From Batkoa obscura (lineage: Eukaryota): DNA of 64,000 bases. The notes below the pieces were generated by a model. The model saw nothing but the letters and a program-made list of their open reading frames with translations, did no database searches and was not told the origin of the DNA. Each line of letters starts with the position of its first letter. Position 1 is the stretch's first letter. Of this stretch, positions 1-16,296 are shown piece by piece. The position numbers and the translations under genes are program-made. Location of the stretch: assembly GCA_030770535.1 (NCBI GenBank), contig JASVEC010000023.1, positions 124,001 through 188,000 on the forward strand, given 5' to 3'.

Positions 1-594
1 AGCTACTGCTTTATCTCTTAGATCATTCAAATATTTACTATATATCATTCTTCTACTTTTATTTAATATATATATATTATCTGATGAGTATTTACTATCG
101 TTATTTTTTTTATTAAATCTTGATGAAATAGTTGAATCATTTAGTAAATATTGTATGATAGTTTCAATTTGCTCATTAATTTTTTTTGTATTTTTAATAA
201 TAGGTTGTAATGTTGATATTTTATTATTATTACTTGTTTCTGAATAATCATATTGATTTCTATTTATATTAAACCCAAAACTCTTACATTCATCAAAAGA
301 ATATACTGAAGCTATAGTTGATAATAACGCTACTTGCTGACTTTTGTTTCCTGTTTCCCTTAAAGCACTAATTTTATACATTACTTGATTAAGTTTATTG
401 TTATCGATAGTAAACTTTGATAATATATCTTTTCTTTGTTTTGTTTTATTATAAAATTCCATAAACCTTGGGTTGTTATAAGTAGCTCTTAAAATTGATG
501 TAAATGAATTACAATGTTTATATTGTGTACTCCTCCCTATTGTATTGAAGTTTTCAAAAATTCCATTTCGAAGTTTAGTTATGAAAGTTTGCAT
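1..594 (-). CDS. Partial intronless ORF (>=198 aa) running off the left edge; unknown protein, possibly the N-terminal part of a DNA transposase
   Basis: Manual translation from ATG at 594 (MQTFITKLRNG...LLSTIASVYSFDECKSFGFNINRNQY...YILNKSRRMIYSKYLNDLRDKAVA) has no stop to position 1 despite very high AT. It is absent from the ORF track because it has no stop in the window. A MITE-like terminus lies about 500 bp upstream. The transposase call is inference. Confidence 0.6.
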   Translation of the reverse strand, partial: MQTFITKLRNGIFENFNTIGRSTQYKHCNSFTSILRATYNNPRFMEFYNKTKQRKDILSKFTIDNNKLNQVMYKISALRETGNKSQQVALLSTIASVYSFDECKSFGFNINRNQYDYSETSNNNKISTLQPIIKNTKKINEQIETIIQYLLNDSTISSRFNKKNNDSKYSSDNIYILNKSRRMIYSKYLNDLRDKAVA

Positions 595-1047
595 TTTATT
601 TTTATTTCAACAAAAAATAAAGTCAAATAAAGTCAAATAACTGTGTTTATATAATTATGTATTTATATAATTATATAATCATATAGTTATATATTATATA
701 TTTGTTAAATATCTAACAGAATTAACATAAAATATATAGTTAGGAAAATTAGCTATTTAAGAAAAGGAAACAATTAAAATAAGTTTTAAATAGAGACATT
801 TAATTTTAGGCTTTCTAGATTTAACCGTTATATTGGACACAAACTTGAAATTTTAAATTTGGATTAATTTCTAAGTAGATTCTGAAACCAATTAGGACAG
901 CCCCATGTATTTAAGATCTAGTAGAAATTCAACTAACTTACAGTATGAGCTATAATAGAATGATTTAGAACTGTGTTTGGGTACTTTTGTTTTAATAAAA
1001 GATGTGATTTTAGAATTTTAAGCGAAGTTTTTAAAATATAAAATTTT

Positions 1048-1090
1048 TCAAAAATTGGATAAAATAATGAAACTAATTCAGACAACCCCA
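1048..1090 (-). mobile_element. Sequence resembling the left terminus of the 100-bp MITE; isolated or degenerate end
   Basis: The reverse complement TGGGGTTGTCTGAATTAGTTTCATTATTTTATCCAATTTTT resembles the MITE left end TGGGGATGTTTTTTTGGTTTCATTATTTTTTCCATTTTT. It is flanked by TA. The MITE core motif (GCTATTTGAGTGGAAA) is not present. Confidence 0.5.
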
Positions 1091-1217
1091 TATATTTATA
1101 ATATTTTATAGAGATCAAAACATCAAAAATATGTATTTCATTTATGAAATTTTATTAAATGAAAATAGTTGATTTACCCACTTATAAACCAAATTAAAGG
1201 AACCACTATTATAGCCC

Positions 1218-4577
<3,360 letters not shown>

Positions 4578-4931
4578 AGTTTAATTCTTTAAAACAAATG
4601 TCAATTTAAAATACAAAGCAGAAAAATAAAAATTTTAATTAAAAAGTTTCTCTTTTCATTTAGATTGCTTGGTTTTATACCTTCTTTTTTAACTTGTTTT
4701 TATTACCAAGCATCAAAATCTATCAATTTTCTTGCTATTTATAGGTCAAATCCTTTGTTAGTCACGTATTTACATCATCAGTTGTAAATGCTTAAAATAT
4801 ACCCCTATATTATTTTAATTGAATTACTATTAGTAATAGATATGCTACTGTGGCCATTTTAATTGGATCAGGATACATTTGAAAGTGTTATAATGCTCCT
4901 ATTAAAATAATTTAAATGCAAACTTTCATAT

Positions 4932-5020
4932 ATAATTTGATGGCTTCATAAACTAAAATACTGCTATTTGATTAGTACAACTTTGATCAAATAGTAATGT
5001 TTATGAAACCATCAGATTAT
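4932..5020. repeat. ~90-nt imperfect inverted repeat (hairpin)
   Basis: 4932-4953 ataatttgatggcttcataaac vs 4999-5020 gtttatgaaaccatcagattat (20/22 complementary), with an inner ctatttgat/atcaaatag stem. Confidence 0.7.
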
Positions 5021-5940
5021 CAAATCACAAAAAAATTCACATTTGTTACAGGGTTATTGTCACATAACGGCTATGGCAAGAAAAGAATTCCAACAAGCTA
5101 GTGAACAAACTTTATCAATAATTTTCAAAGTGAGCAGATTGAAAATATTACTAAGTCATTCGAAATGTTCCAGTATAAACTTATGGATACTAAAAATGGT
5201 TAATTATAGGTTGCAGTATCATTGAAGAATTTAGATTAAAATATTTTCATTTTTTGGTTTTAGAAAAGTTTACTATTACAACTAAAAATTGATACTTTTT
5301 TATGTGCACGAATTTTTACTGAACGTTTGAACAACCTAATAATATATTTGAAATTTTGCTCACTTTGTTCAAAATTATTGTCGAAACTTTAGCTTGTTGA
5401 ATTGTTTTCTTACTATAGCTGTGATATGATAAAAATCCATATTTCAATAGCACTATAGCTAATAAATTGTAAGAATATCATACTAGGCTGCATCTTAAAA
5501 TCGGCATTATATTAATTTATAGTTATAACTATAACCATAAATAATAAGTCAAAAAACGTCAATTATTGAACACCACTTTTAACAGTAAAATATAATATTT
5601 ATAGAAATAACTGTAAATCTGGTTTATAGAATAAAGAATTTTGTTATAAAACAATAGTTTGAAAAACACTTTTATCGTAAATTCAAAGGATTTAGAATAT
5701 TTTTACACTCTCAAGAGCTAAATAGTTACAACTAGAATAAAATGCTTGTATTTAAAATATATTTTTAACTTGTATAATAATTAGCAAAACGAAGCCATAC
5801 AGGTATGGAAAATGTAAATGATTTTTAAAGAATTAAAATTGAAATTTAAATGAATTTTTATCACATAATAAATAAATTATAAAAATACTTAAATAAAGCT
5901 GTATCACTTAGTTTAAAAACATTCGCAAATTGTTTATTCA

Positions 5941-6993
5941 TTAACAGTATGGAGGTAAAGGTAGTAATCCATTTAAAGGTAACAAATGCATAGCTGCCGA
6001 TACTGGAAAATTTTCTTTATAACCACAGTTTGGATCCTCATCATACTCTTGACTACATTCAATTAACTCAGTTCTACCTAACCCAATATACCTTTCATGA
6101 ATTTCTGGTGCCGCATGAACATAGCCTCCGGATCTTGGTGGAAGATGGGGAACAACATCATTTCTATTAGAGTACCTGGTTATTGGTACGTCTAACTCTG
6201 CAATAAATTGGGCGAATGCTTCATTCCCTGGACGAGGAGAAGCATAGGCATATGCTTCAATCTTCCTTTGGTCATTTTTTGATCTAAGAAGAGAAACCCA
6301 ATCTGGAAGCGAAATTGTTGCGGTTGAGGCTCCTAAACTATAACCAGTTATATGTAATGTAAAATCCTTGTATTTAGGATTATCAAGTAATTCGACAACT
6401 GAATTGCGTACAGAAAAGTAATTGGAAAGATAATTAGAATAGAACCCATGGTGTACTTTTACACCTTGTTTTGCAGATGGTAGATCGATCATAGGATATT
6501 CAAAATTAGTAACCCAGTTTTGAGCAGTTAAGGAGGCACGGTAAGAAACAAGGATTAATTTATCTTGTTCATCAGTAGCAACAGTTACTAATGAATCGAA
6601 GTCATCGTTTTGAAATATTTTGATATTCGTGAAAGTCTTTTTACAAAGACATTCTTGATTAAGAATTTTTTCTGCTGGGCATACAGAAATTAATGAGCGA
6701 GCTAAATTTTTACGAACATCTTCGATAGTACCACGCTTAACGTTTCTTGGCGAAGCTAATTTTTTTGGTGGCAGTTTTACAAATAATTTGTACAGGTCTT
6801 GAATAATGGAAGGCACAAATAAGTCTTTTAAAAACTTAACTATGTCATCCTTTAAAAAGTTACTGTCCTTAACTGCAAGAGAACGTGTATCAGCAACTAC
6901 TGAAGATAGCGATTCATTTTCAGTAATGTTTTTGTATGAAGCAACAGTGGATACACCTAAAACAAATGCGAATAATTTAATGATTTTTACCAT
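5941..6993 (-). CDS. Secreted class-3 (fungal-type) triacylglycerol lipase
   Basis: Hydrophobic N-terminal signal peptide, VSYRAS lid region, VHHGF, nucleophile motif TGYSLG (GxSxG), SPRPGN, NDVVPHLPP and a C-terminal His. Intronless, 350 aa. Confidence 0.92.
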   Translation of the reverse strand: MVKIIKLFAFVLGVSTVASYKNITENESLSSVVADTRSLAVKDSNFLKDDIVKFLKDLFVPSIIQDLYKLFVKLPPKKLASPRNVKRGTIEDVRKNLARSLISVCPAEKILNQECLCKKTFTNIKIFQNDDFDSLVTVATDEQDKLILVSYRASLTAQNWVTNFEYPMIDLPSAKQGVKVHHGFYSNYLSNYFSVRNSVVELLDNPKYKDFTLHITGYSLGASTATISLPDWVSLLRSKNDQRKIEAYAYASPRPGNEAFAQFIAELDVPITRYSNRNDVVPHLPPRSGGYVHAAPEIHERYIGLGRTELIECSQEYDEDPNCGYKENFPVSAAMHLLPLNGLLPLPPYC

Positions 6994-7412
6994 TGTAGTT
7001 TGTTTTCAAAAGTAGATTTGGACTATTGTTACATTTATATACTTCTGGGGATTTTTAATAAATAATAGCAATGGTTCCTATTCTATAACACAGTACAATG
7101 ACATAGATCTGATAAATCCCATGACCATTGTATTATTTTTTATTAGAAATTATAGCTAAAATAGTAAATAATTTTAGCTATCAAAATTAATTAGAGCAAT
7201 TAAATCAGGGATATAAATGAATTTAGAGCTGTCGAATTTTTGTGAGAACTTTGAATTACGAAGGTGGGAAATTAAGTTCCTCAATACAATAACGAGGAAA
7301 AAGGGATGACTAAAAGCTCATTGAATGACTTATAATATAGTCTTAATAAAGCTATAAAAAACACAAATAGGGCATCGAATAAAGCCTTATTTTGAAAGAG
7401 TAGAAAAAGGTA

Positions 7413-7506
7413 TAGGGATATATTTTTTCTGTTTAAGATTTTACTAACGATTTTATCACTCAAGTAGTGCTTGAAAGGCGGAAAAAATGATGAGACCAAA
7501 AAACGC
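7413..7506 (-). mobile_element. MITE copy, one end degenerate
   Basis: Matches the family consensus in reverse orientation; TA at 7411-7412. Confidence 0.75.
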
Positions 7507-7644
7507 AATGATAAAAATAATAGATCAAATGATAGAAGATTTAATTTAGCGCCAAGTAATAGTGTATTTGGAATTATTTATAACTAAATAGAAAAATATA
7601 TCAATTGTTAATTCATTTCAAAACTTTATTGATATGATACAAAT

Positions 7645-8370
7645 TTAAGAATCAAATGCCTTAATAGCAGCGATTGCAGTAGATTGAGCACTTGCAGGAT
7701 TAGCTCCAGTAACTACCTTACCATCAGTAATATTAAAGTCAGCAAATGGAGTAGGAGGAGGGACATAGGTAGCATTGACACTAGCAGCACCATCTTCAAT
7801 AGTTGGAACATTAGCTTTCTTAATTGCATCCAATAAGTTTAATACAACTTCACCTTCAGTAGTAAATCCAGTGACTTTTTTTCCTGAAATAATTGGTTTT
7901 CCATTCTTATCTTTAATTCCAGGAAGAATGGCTGGCCCATGACAAACAGCTGAAACTACACCACCTCGAGCATAGATATCTTCTGCGATTTCTTGTAAAC
8001 CACGAGCCTTAGGGTAATCCCATAAAGTAGCATGTCCAGCAGAAGCAAAGAATAAACCATATTGAGATTTGTCTAAATCAGAGGCTTTATGAAGATGCTT
8101 GTTAAGCTTAACATTAAAGGAATGATTAGGATCATTATAAATCTTAAGGTCATCTCCGCTTAAAAAGTCTTTATCTAAAGAATGCTCATCCATTCCATAA
8201 GTTCCAGTTTCAGAAGCTAGATCTACTTCAAAACCAGCTTTGACTAACTCTTCGTAAGGATGTAAAGCTTCAGTATAAAATAACCCAGTTTTGCCACCAT
8301 CTTCGTATAATTCAATGTTACAACTAGTAATTGCAATGATAGCTTTTCTTGGTAACTGTGAAGAAGACAT
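7645..8370 (-). CDS. HSP31: DJ-1/PfpI family, Hsp31-like glutathione-independent glyoxalase
   Basis: TGLFYTEALHPY (catalytic Glu), SAGHATLWD, SAVCHGP (catalytic Cys-His) and VTGANPASA motifs; 241 aa. Confidence 0.9.
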   Translation of the reverse strand: MSSSQLPRKAIIAITSCNIELYEDGGKTGLFYTEALHPYEELVKAGFEVDLASETGTYGMDEHSLDKDFLSGDDLKIYNDPNHSFNVKLNKHLHKASDLDKSQYGLFFASAGHATLWDYPKARGLQEIAEDIYARGGVVSAVCHGPAILPGIKDKNGKPIISGKKVTGFTTEGEVVLNLLDAIKKANVPTIEDGAASVNATYVPPPTPFADFNITDGKVVTGANPASAQSTAIAAIKAFDS

Positions 8371-8448
8371 GTTGTAAATCGATGGTTGTAAATTTAATAT
8401 ACAATAAACTTGAATTGTTTTTATAATTGCTTGTACAATTTTTCTTGG

Positions 8449-8504
8449 TATTTATACTTTTTTAAAATTACGTAAGCTTGACTATGTTGAAAGTTAATTA
8501 GTAA
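8449..8504 (-). promoter_or_regulatory. Putative HSP31 promoter: TATA box plus bZIP (Yap/AP-1-like) sites
   Basis: TATAAATA on the minus strand near 8449-8456, TTACGTAA at 8468-8475 and TTAGTAA at 8498-8504, all upstream of the ATG. Chance occurrence is plausible in AT-rich DNA. Confidence 0.3.
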
Positions 8505-8888
8505 TAAATTTTATAAATTTGAACTTCAACTTAACGTAATATAAAAGCTAAACTTCAGTATTTCATAAAATATTATTAAATTATGCAATTTAATACAGAA
8601 TTTTCAGTCAATTGACTATCCATTTATAACATAGTTAAAATAAGCAATAAAGTGCATACAATAATTTGATTGTTAAATCTTGGTTAAGAATTAATAGTAA
8701 TTTTGATATATACCTGCTATATTTCTGTACTATTCGATAAAGTGAAATAATATTATTTATTAGAGAATTTTGTTTAAAACTATATAATTTAAATAACTAT
8801 TTCAAGCCCAACTTTTTATTTAAAAATAGGAACTTGATTCTAAATAGTTTTTCAATGTTAGCAATAGAGTTATAAAAATATGAAGATA

Positions 8889-8989
8889 TGGTGATGTATT
8901 TTTCTGTCTAAAAATTTTACTGATAACCTTTCCATTCAAATAGCGACTAAAAATAGAAAAAGTGATGAAACCAAAAAAACATCCACACA
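8889..8989 (-). mobile_element. MITE copy
   Basis: Consensus match; TA on both flanks. Confidence 0.85.
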
Positions 8990-9050
8990 TACTCACTCTA
9001 TTTTCAGAAATTAAAAAAATAATTAAGCTTTTAATTAATACCTTATAATA

Positions 9051-9150
9051 TAGGAATGTTCTTTTTGGTTTCATCACTTTCTCTATTTCTAAGCACTATT
9101 TGAGCGGAAAGATTATTAGTAAGATTCTTAAATACAAAAATACACTCCCA
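9051..9150 (+). mobile_element. MITE copy
   Basis: Consensus match; TA on both flanks; inverted relative to the copy at 8889. Confidence 0.85.
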
Positions 9151-10317
9151 TATACTTTTAAATAAGCTTTTTATTTTTTATTGTCATTCACTATGCGTTA
9201 TTTTAAGTCTCTTCACTATTCTACTAAAAAGATTAATAGACGTTATTAGTTGAAAGTAGATATTTGGTAAAAAGCAAAAATTAGTTTAGCATTGCAATAT
9301 ATGCCCTTATTGTGATAGATTTGTCCAAAATAGTAAAAAGTTTATGTAAAGACTAAAGATTCAATAATTTAATGGTAGAATATTTGATCTTGGTTGATTT
9401 TTCATACTTTAAAAAATACATGAACGCATGTATATTTGAATTCATCTTAAAATCTCTTATATAATGTTTAAAAGCACACCTCTTATTCATGAGTATTATA
9501 TTAGTGAACTAAATGCCAATAATGAATTTATGCTTGTGACAATTCGAATATTTAATAAACAGTTTAATTTTAATGTCATCATTAAATTAATAAAATCGTA
9601 AAATCGTTTTTAGAAATATTACTTTTTTTGGTCCAAAACTAATTCTGGTTGATTTCAAACTGTTGTCATATTTTTTATATTAAGTGTAAAACTAGACATT
9701 TTCAATTTTATATTTGCTAAATTTAATCATAGCAACTTCCTGTTTTTGTTTTCAACATAAAGTCGAAAGTGCCCAATTATACAAGGACTGCTATTTATAA
9801 GTATTTTTTAAACAATATTGTACAACAATGTGTAGATGTCGAATATAAAAATTGAGCTTTGAAACTAACGCCAAGTTTAGGAAAATTCGCTAATTTTTTT
9901 ACGTACAGTTTTATACATTCTGATGTATGTAGAGTCATTTTATCAATACTACTCAGAAATGTTCAGAAACCTTTGAAAAACTCATGGCAATAGAACTTTA
10001 GTTAAATTTCAGCGAAATTTTTCAAACTTTTGTATTAAATTTTGGCCTAGGTCTTTATTTTCAAACAAACAATCAAGGAGTTTAGATTGAAGTAGATGTA
10101 GAAGTTTAAGCATGAATTTGCAGTGACTAACAATATTTTTTATAACCAATAATCTGTATCATTATACATATTTATAGTTTAATACCTAAACTTCTGTTTT
10201 AAAATGTGCAGCTAATCGTCATTCATTTGTACTTAAGCAGCTGTAAATGTATTATTACACCACTTATAAAACCCTACCTTTTTATTAGTAACTTACAGCC
10301 ATTCAAGCTCCAACATA

Positions 10318-10417
10318 TGGGGATATATTTTTTTATTTAAGAATTTTACTAATAACCTTTCCACTCAAATAGCGCTTAAAAAGTGGAAAAGTAATGAAAT
10401 AAAAAAAAACACTCCCA
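10318..10417 (-). mobile_element. MITE copy
   Basis: TGGGGATATATTTTT...AAAAACACTCCCA; TA on both flanks. Confidence 0.9.
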
Positions 10418-12414
10418 TATGTTTTTTTATCTGGTTTTAACACAGTATAGCCATCCTAGTATGGAGTAACGCTAAACATGTTTACATAAGATGCTTGATT
10501 ATTAACTTAGGAATTAGCTCTGCTCAAAATGATAAGTTGTATTTTATTTACATAAAATGAATAGCTAGTCAACACATAGTTGAACTTAATAATTATATCT
10601 TGTACTTTTTCTATTTAGTAAAGTACTATTCTTGGCTAAAAAAATTCAAACTTGGTATAACTCTTTTTAATAAGATAACCATGAATACTAAAATGCTTAT
10701 TTATTAATTCAAAGTACCTTACTCAGGCTTTTAGAAGGTTATTTTAAAAATAAAAATAAAAATATAAAAGTAAAAATCAATTATTAGAAAGGACTCAATT
10801 TGTATTTAAAATATAAAGCTAAATCAAATTAGTAAACAAATGCCTTTATTATTAAAGCAAATAGTATCTTATCAAAACACGCATAGGTTATCTTAAACAA
10901 ACTATTTTAACATAAAACATAACAAGGTTTTAATTTTATCCACTTTTTTAAAAAGTCAATAAAACAACTAAGTGGTTTTCTAACAAAATAAATTAACCCA
11001 TCAAGCGCATATGTATATTTACACTATACCCAAAAGTAGCTTCTAATCAATAGAGCTATAAATTTTATTAAATCAATTAATGACTAAATATTAACTATTG
11101 GCTATGAAATATATAGCAACGCTGTTAACACAAAAAGTCAACCTTTAAGCGCCTTCTTCAAAAATTCAGAGATGCTTGAGGGATTAATAGTTTGAGCTTG
11201 ACTATGTTTAGAATAAAATCATTCAAGATTGATTTCTCATGGTTACAAAATATTATCTCTTCCATATATCCTGTTGCAAAAAGAGAATAGATTTGTAGAA
11301 TTTTTCGAATTAAAGTAACAGGCTGCAACAGTAGGAGCTACTTTTTACAATGTTATTACTGTTTTTCCCAAAAAAATTCCAGCAGGATTAATTCTGCCAT
11401 GAAAAATTGATTTTAGAAAGTTAGCTCCTTATTAAAAGCTTAAGAATTGGATTTACTATTTAGCCAAACCACTACTTTTTATATGATTGAATTTTTGCAA
11501 TAGGGTCATATCAGAAAACTTGGGAAAAAAATAATTGTTTAAAATTTTGTTCATAGCACTCACTTGTGATAAAAATTGTTTAAAAAGTTTACATTTTAGT
11601 TTGAGCTTAATTTTTGTTTTTCTAGATTTTGAAATTAAGCTAATAGTCGATGATACTTTATTTTATATTTCAATAGTAACTCCTTTAATATACCTTTTAT
11701 AGCTGCTACAGACTTGTTAATATATTTGAAAATAAGCAGATAATTTTATTAAAATGCCAATATATTTTTAAGTTTAATTTTATAATTTTTATAGTGCTAT
11801 AGTTTTTTATAAAATATATAGCAAACTAAATGTTAAGGATTTCTGTAAGCTTCTTTTTTTAAATAAACCTTAACCATAAAGACTACAGAATTAAATAAAA
11901 AGTGTAACTCTTGGTTTAAAATTTTGATATTTACAGTTAAAAGCCCAAACAAAAAAATAGAGCAGTTAAAAAAGCGGTAATTTGTTTATTTAAATAGCTT
12001 TGTTTTTATTTTTAGACTTTTTTCTAAAGATAATTAAATGGTATTTTATTATTGTCAATATAAAATTAAAATTAGATTGTTTTATTAAGACATTATGAAA
12101 TACTAGCTAAAGCTATTTATTGAAAATTAAGTTTATTAAATATTTTTATAAAACTTGATTTCTATTACAGCGAATAATATGTTTGCCATCTTTTTTGCCC
12201 AAAAAGAAAGAAAATACATGGAACACCTAACGTAATGACTCTATAATATATAATTTATTTAAATAAATGATAGTATAATATTAGTACTATGAATATTCGT
12301 TTAATGTTTGAAATCAAATTTTTCATAATTTTCTATTATCTGTTTCAAATAATATTAAAGTCATTCTAAAATAAAGCTTTATGTCATATACTATTAAATA
12401 AAAGAGCCCTTTAA

Positions 12415-12447
12415 TTTTATTTTATTTTATTTTATTTTATTTTATTT
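12415..12447. repeat. (TTTTA)n microsatellite
   Basis: About 6 tandem TTTTA units. Confidence 0.8.
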
Positions 12448-15400
12448 GTAAACATGCTTAAATTTAAGCACCATTTGTAAAAGAATTGCCTACCATCTAC
12501 TCTAAAGTTTTGTAATCTCCTGATTCTTTACGCATTGCTCTAAACAAGCTGCCTTCCTTAATTAAATCATCTGGACTATCGAATTCTTTAATAGTGCCAT
12601 GGCTTAGTAATTTGTTAGTATTAATACCATTATAAATACAAAACCTATTACCTGTAACTACAACTTTATCATAACCAGTGATAGATCTCAATTGATGAGC
12701 AATACATAATAAAGTAGATTGTGAAAGCTCCTGACGAATTGTTTTTCGAATTTCAACACCAGCTGTATAGCCATCAGATACAGTGATTATGAAAAGTATC
12801 ATTAAATACTTATTTTAATAAATAGCTTTTGTAATTATTTTCGTCTATAATAATAACTTTTAATTGTTTAAGTAAAGCACAAGCAAGAGACAAAAGTTGA
12901 TATTTTCCTTGTGAAAAGTTTTGTCCATTTTCTGTGACTACCTGATCTAAACTTTTTATAACTATGTTTATTCCTTCGGGTGAATCAGATACGGAAGATT
13001 CATTATCAATCAAATGTATTCTTATCAACAAATTCCAGAGTTGTTGATCTTCGTATTGATTGAATGGATCTAAATTGAATGGATCTAACTTGAGTATTAT
13101 AGTTCCAGAAAATAAGATAGCATCTTGAGGAATAGTTGTAAGGCCTGAACGAAGGTCAAATAAACCTATTTTATAGATGTCAATATTATCAATATGAATT
13201 GAAACTCTTTCTAGATCGACAAATCTACAGAAAGCTAAAGTTGATTTTCCAGTCCTTAGTAATTATTTGAATCATTAGCTATTGATACGTTAATAAAATA
13301 ATGATATCTCCTCCTCTTCCAATCACTGCTATTTTTCACCTCCTTTTATATTCAATGATATTCTTTTAATAACTGGATCGTGATCTGGAGCATACTTTAA
13401 AGTTAAATTGTTTATTTCTATTTTTCTTTCTGTGGGCCACTACTAAAATAATAGTTAATTTATATATATTTGAATAATTGTCTTACCTTAGGTGGAGATC
13501 AATTAGAAGGCACTGGTGATGTGTTAAGATATTCTTATATACGTTTTATCGGATTCATCCTTCAACTTTTGAGTAAGAGTGTGTTATCCACTAAAAAGAT
13601 TAATAAAGTAATGCAAAAATGGAGTGAAAAAATACCAAAATACATGATGAGAAATTTGGTGCACACCGAAGAGCTAAAGCTATAAGAGTAGGATTTAGCC
13701 TTTCATAAAACCACAAAAGAAGTAAATCAGTAAGGAAAATAACAGACCCACTGAGAAAACCAGAAGTTTGAAGCTCGGAGATAAAATATACATCTAGTAC
13801 TATCATCTATTTTTTGGTACATTAAATCCTTTAATCTGCAAGTTTGCTCATATACCCTAATTGTAGCTACGCCTCGAATGCTTTCTTCATGTTAAAAATA
13901 GATAAGCAATCTTCAAACGGCTTCTATTCTTTCCAATTCACGTAGACCTCTCAAGTAAAACTGATGCATATAATAAGTTATAATCAGCATTATAAATACT
14001 ACAAAAAGAAACTGTGAAAGAATAATGGTTACCATAATTGAAACGACACCCGCAGATAAAATTTTACTGATAAGCAATGCAATCGAAATCATAAGTTCTT
14101 GGCCTATACACTCAAAACCTTTAGAGAATCTGTTTGTAAGCCAACTTGTAAGCTTAATATCAAAAAACCTTATAGAAGTATGTATAATATTTTTGATCAA
14201 AGAACCATAAAGGCTATTTGAAGCTCTATAAGACCCCCAAAGCTGATAGGAAACCGATAATAAAATAGAAAATATGCTTAGGGTTGAAACCATAAAATAT
14301 ACTTTTATAAAGTAATCTTGATTATAGATACACGATATTATAGAATCAATACTATTAGTTAGAGTTGCATTATGTGAATTAGTGAAAGCATTATCAGTTA
14401 CATTAAAAATACCACTGGTGATAAAATCAGATGATATGTTAATGGAAAGATCACTGTTATTAGAATTAGTCTATATTTTAATCTACAATTGAGGAATGAG
14501 GATATAAGTTTCCTGGTGATAAATATGTTCAAAAATAAGATTCAAAACTCGTGGCCACCTGTTATTTTGAAATAGGATTCATATGTTTCAAACTTTACTA
14601 CACCTTTTGCATATTCTTCTTCTAATATTAACCTTTGATATTGTTAACTTCTAAGTTTGGAGGTAAATATGATCCAGCATCAAAACGTGATATAGCGCTA
14701 TGGGATTCAGGTACTATGGACTCTTCATAAGATTGATCTTCAAACATATTCAATTCAGTTTTGATAGATATAATTGACTGTACATCTTCATGAGATCCAT
14801 TAGCTACCACTCCACCTTGACTATTTGAGAACACTACATACCCGGCATGATAAAAGGCTAAACTGGTATTATGAGTAACAAGAATCCTGGTCCTATTTTT
14901 CACTATATCTCCCATAAAACGGTTGTAGGATATAAATTTGAGTGTATAAGCATCTAAGACTGATAAAAAATCATCCATAACGATATGGCTAGCTCTATTG
15001 TATACATCTCGAGCTAATCAAAGACATTGTTTTTGACCACCAGATAAAGTAATACCTTTTTCACCATCTTCGAATGAGCTAAAATCTGGTAAAAGTGCAT
15101 ATACTTTAATAACTTCTCGACAGCGAGCCTTATTCTATGTCTCCCTAAAAAGAATATTGTTTTTAACTGTATCTTTTTGTATCTAAGCTGATTTTATCAC
15201 CTAAGCTATACTAGCATTCAAACTAAAATCTTTAGTACAAGTTGTTGATTTTATATTTAATTTTCTTGGTAGATAAACAGATTTTGAAAGTAGCGAAGTT
15301 TTGCCAGAACCAGTAGGCCCAACAATAATACTCAATTTATCTATTGAAAATGGTAAATTTAAGTTAGGAAGAGTAAATTGATTGCTTTCTTCACTTGAGT

Positions 15401-16195
15401 CATATTGTAGTTTAGCGCTTTTGGATCCTATTATAGGGTCATTTGGGCTCTTTAATCCTTTTAAAGTTTGATTTGTATCTACTTCAGTTTCATTTAAAAA
15501 TTAATTGATTCGCTTTACTGAAACTTTAGCTTGTAGTACTGCATCTACCACATTTGATAAGTCACTCACTGACTCATCAAGAGATTTAAAAATTAATAAA
15601 GAAGTAAAGGGAATTTTTGGGGTTAGTGTATCCCCATCTATTTTAGTATATATATAAAGTTCCTATTGGCATAAATGATGGAAAACAAAACCAAATGACC
15701 GTATCAACGATCCAAGTCCCATATGTTTTATAAGTACTTTAAGTTCGGCTTTTATAGCTAGACTTGCTTTTTCATTAAATTGAGTCCCCCCATGCAAAAA
15801 AACTTATAATCCTTATCCCTTGAAAAAACCCATTTGCGACTCCTAATCTATTATCACTAGATTCTATAAGTTTGGTCTGTATTTTCTCCCAAAGTATTGC
15901 AACAAAGTACTTAATTGATACAATTAATAAAGTCATCACAACCTCAATAATAGCTGGCCAGCCTAATACTTTATAGGCATACCACGAGCCAACGTTTGTT
16001 CCAATTGGCATAGAATATAATAAGTTTAGATAACAAAAAGTCTCAGCTGTATCGTCAGAACCAACTGAAATAAAATTCAAGATTTTACCAGGATTTGATA
16101 ATGCTGAATCTTCATTTAAGCTTGCTATGTCTTTTTTCCTCAATATTTTAGAATAGGTTCGACCAATAATAACCGATTCTACACAAACTACAATA

Positions 16196-16296
16196 TGGGG
16201 ATGTATTTTTGTGTTTAAGAATTTTACTAACAAATTTTCCGCTTAAATAGCGCTTAAAAAATGGAAAAAATAATCAAGTCAAAAAAAACACTCCCA
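16196..16296 (-). mobile_element. MITE copy inserted in the ABC pseudogene
   Basis: TA/TA flanks. Removing the element plus one TA restores the ABC reading frame. Confidence 0.93.

Noticed and set aside
5517..5534. 18-bp perfect palindrome TTATAGTTATAACTATAA, plus short hairpins at ~7152-7181 and ~48910-48935
   Set aside because: Short and nearly all A/T; expected by chance in this composition.
7281..9077. ORF-track entries overlapping MITEs (7281-7508 and 8820-9077; also 17130-17390, 41580-41849, 49672-49893)
   Set aside because: Their shared peptide similarity comes from translating the MITE sequence; there is no coding evidence.
9870..10030. Degenerate inverted repeat (aagtttaggaaaattcgct / agcgaaatttttcaaactt)
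   Set aside because: Too diverged and single-copy in the window to support a transposon call.
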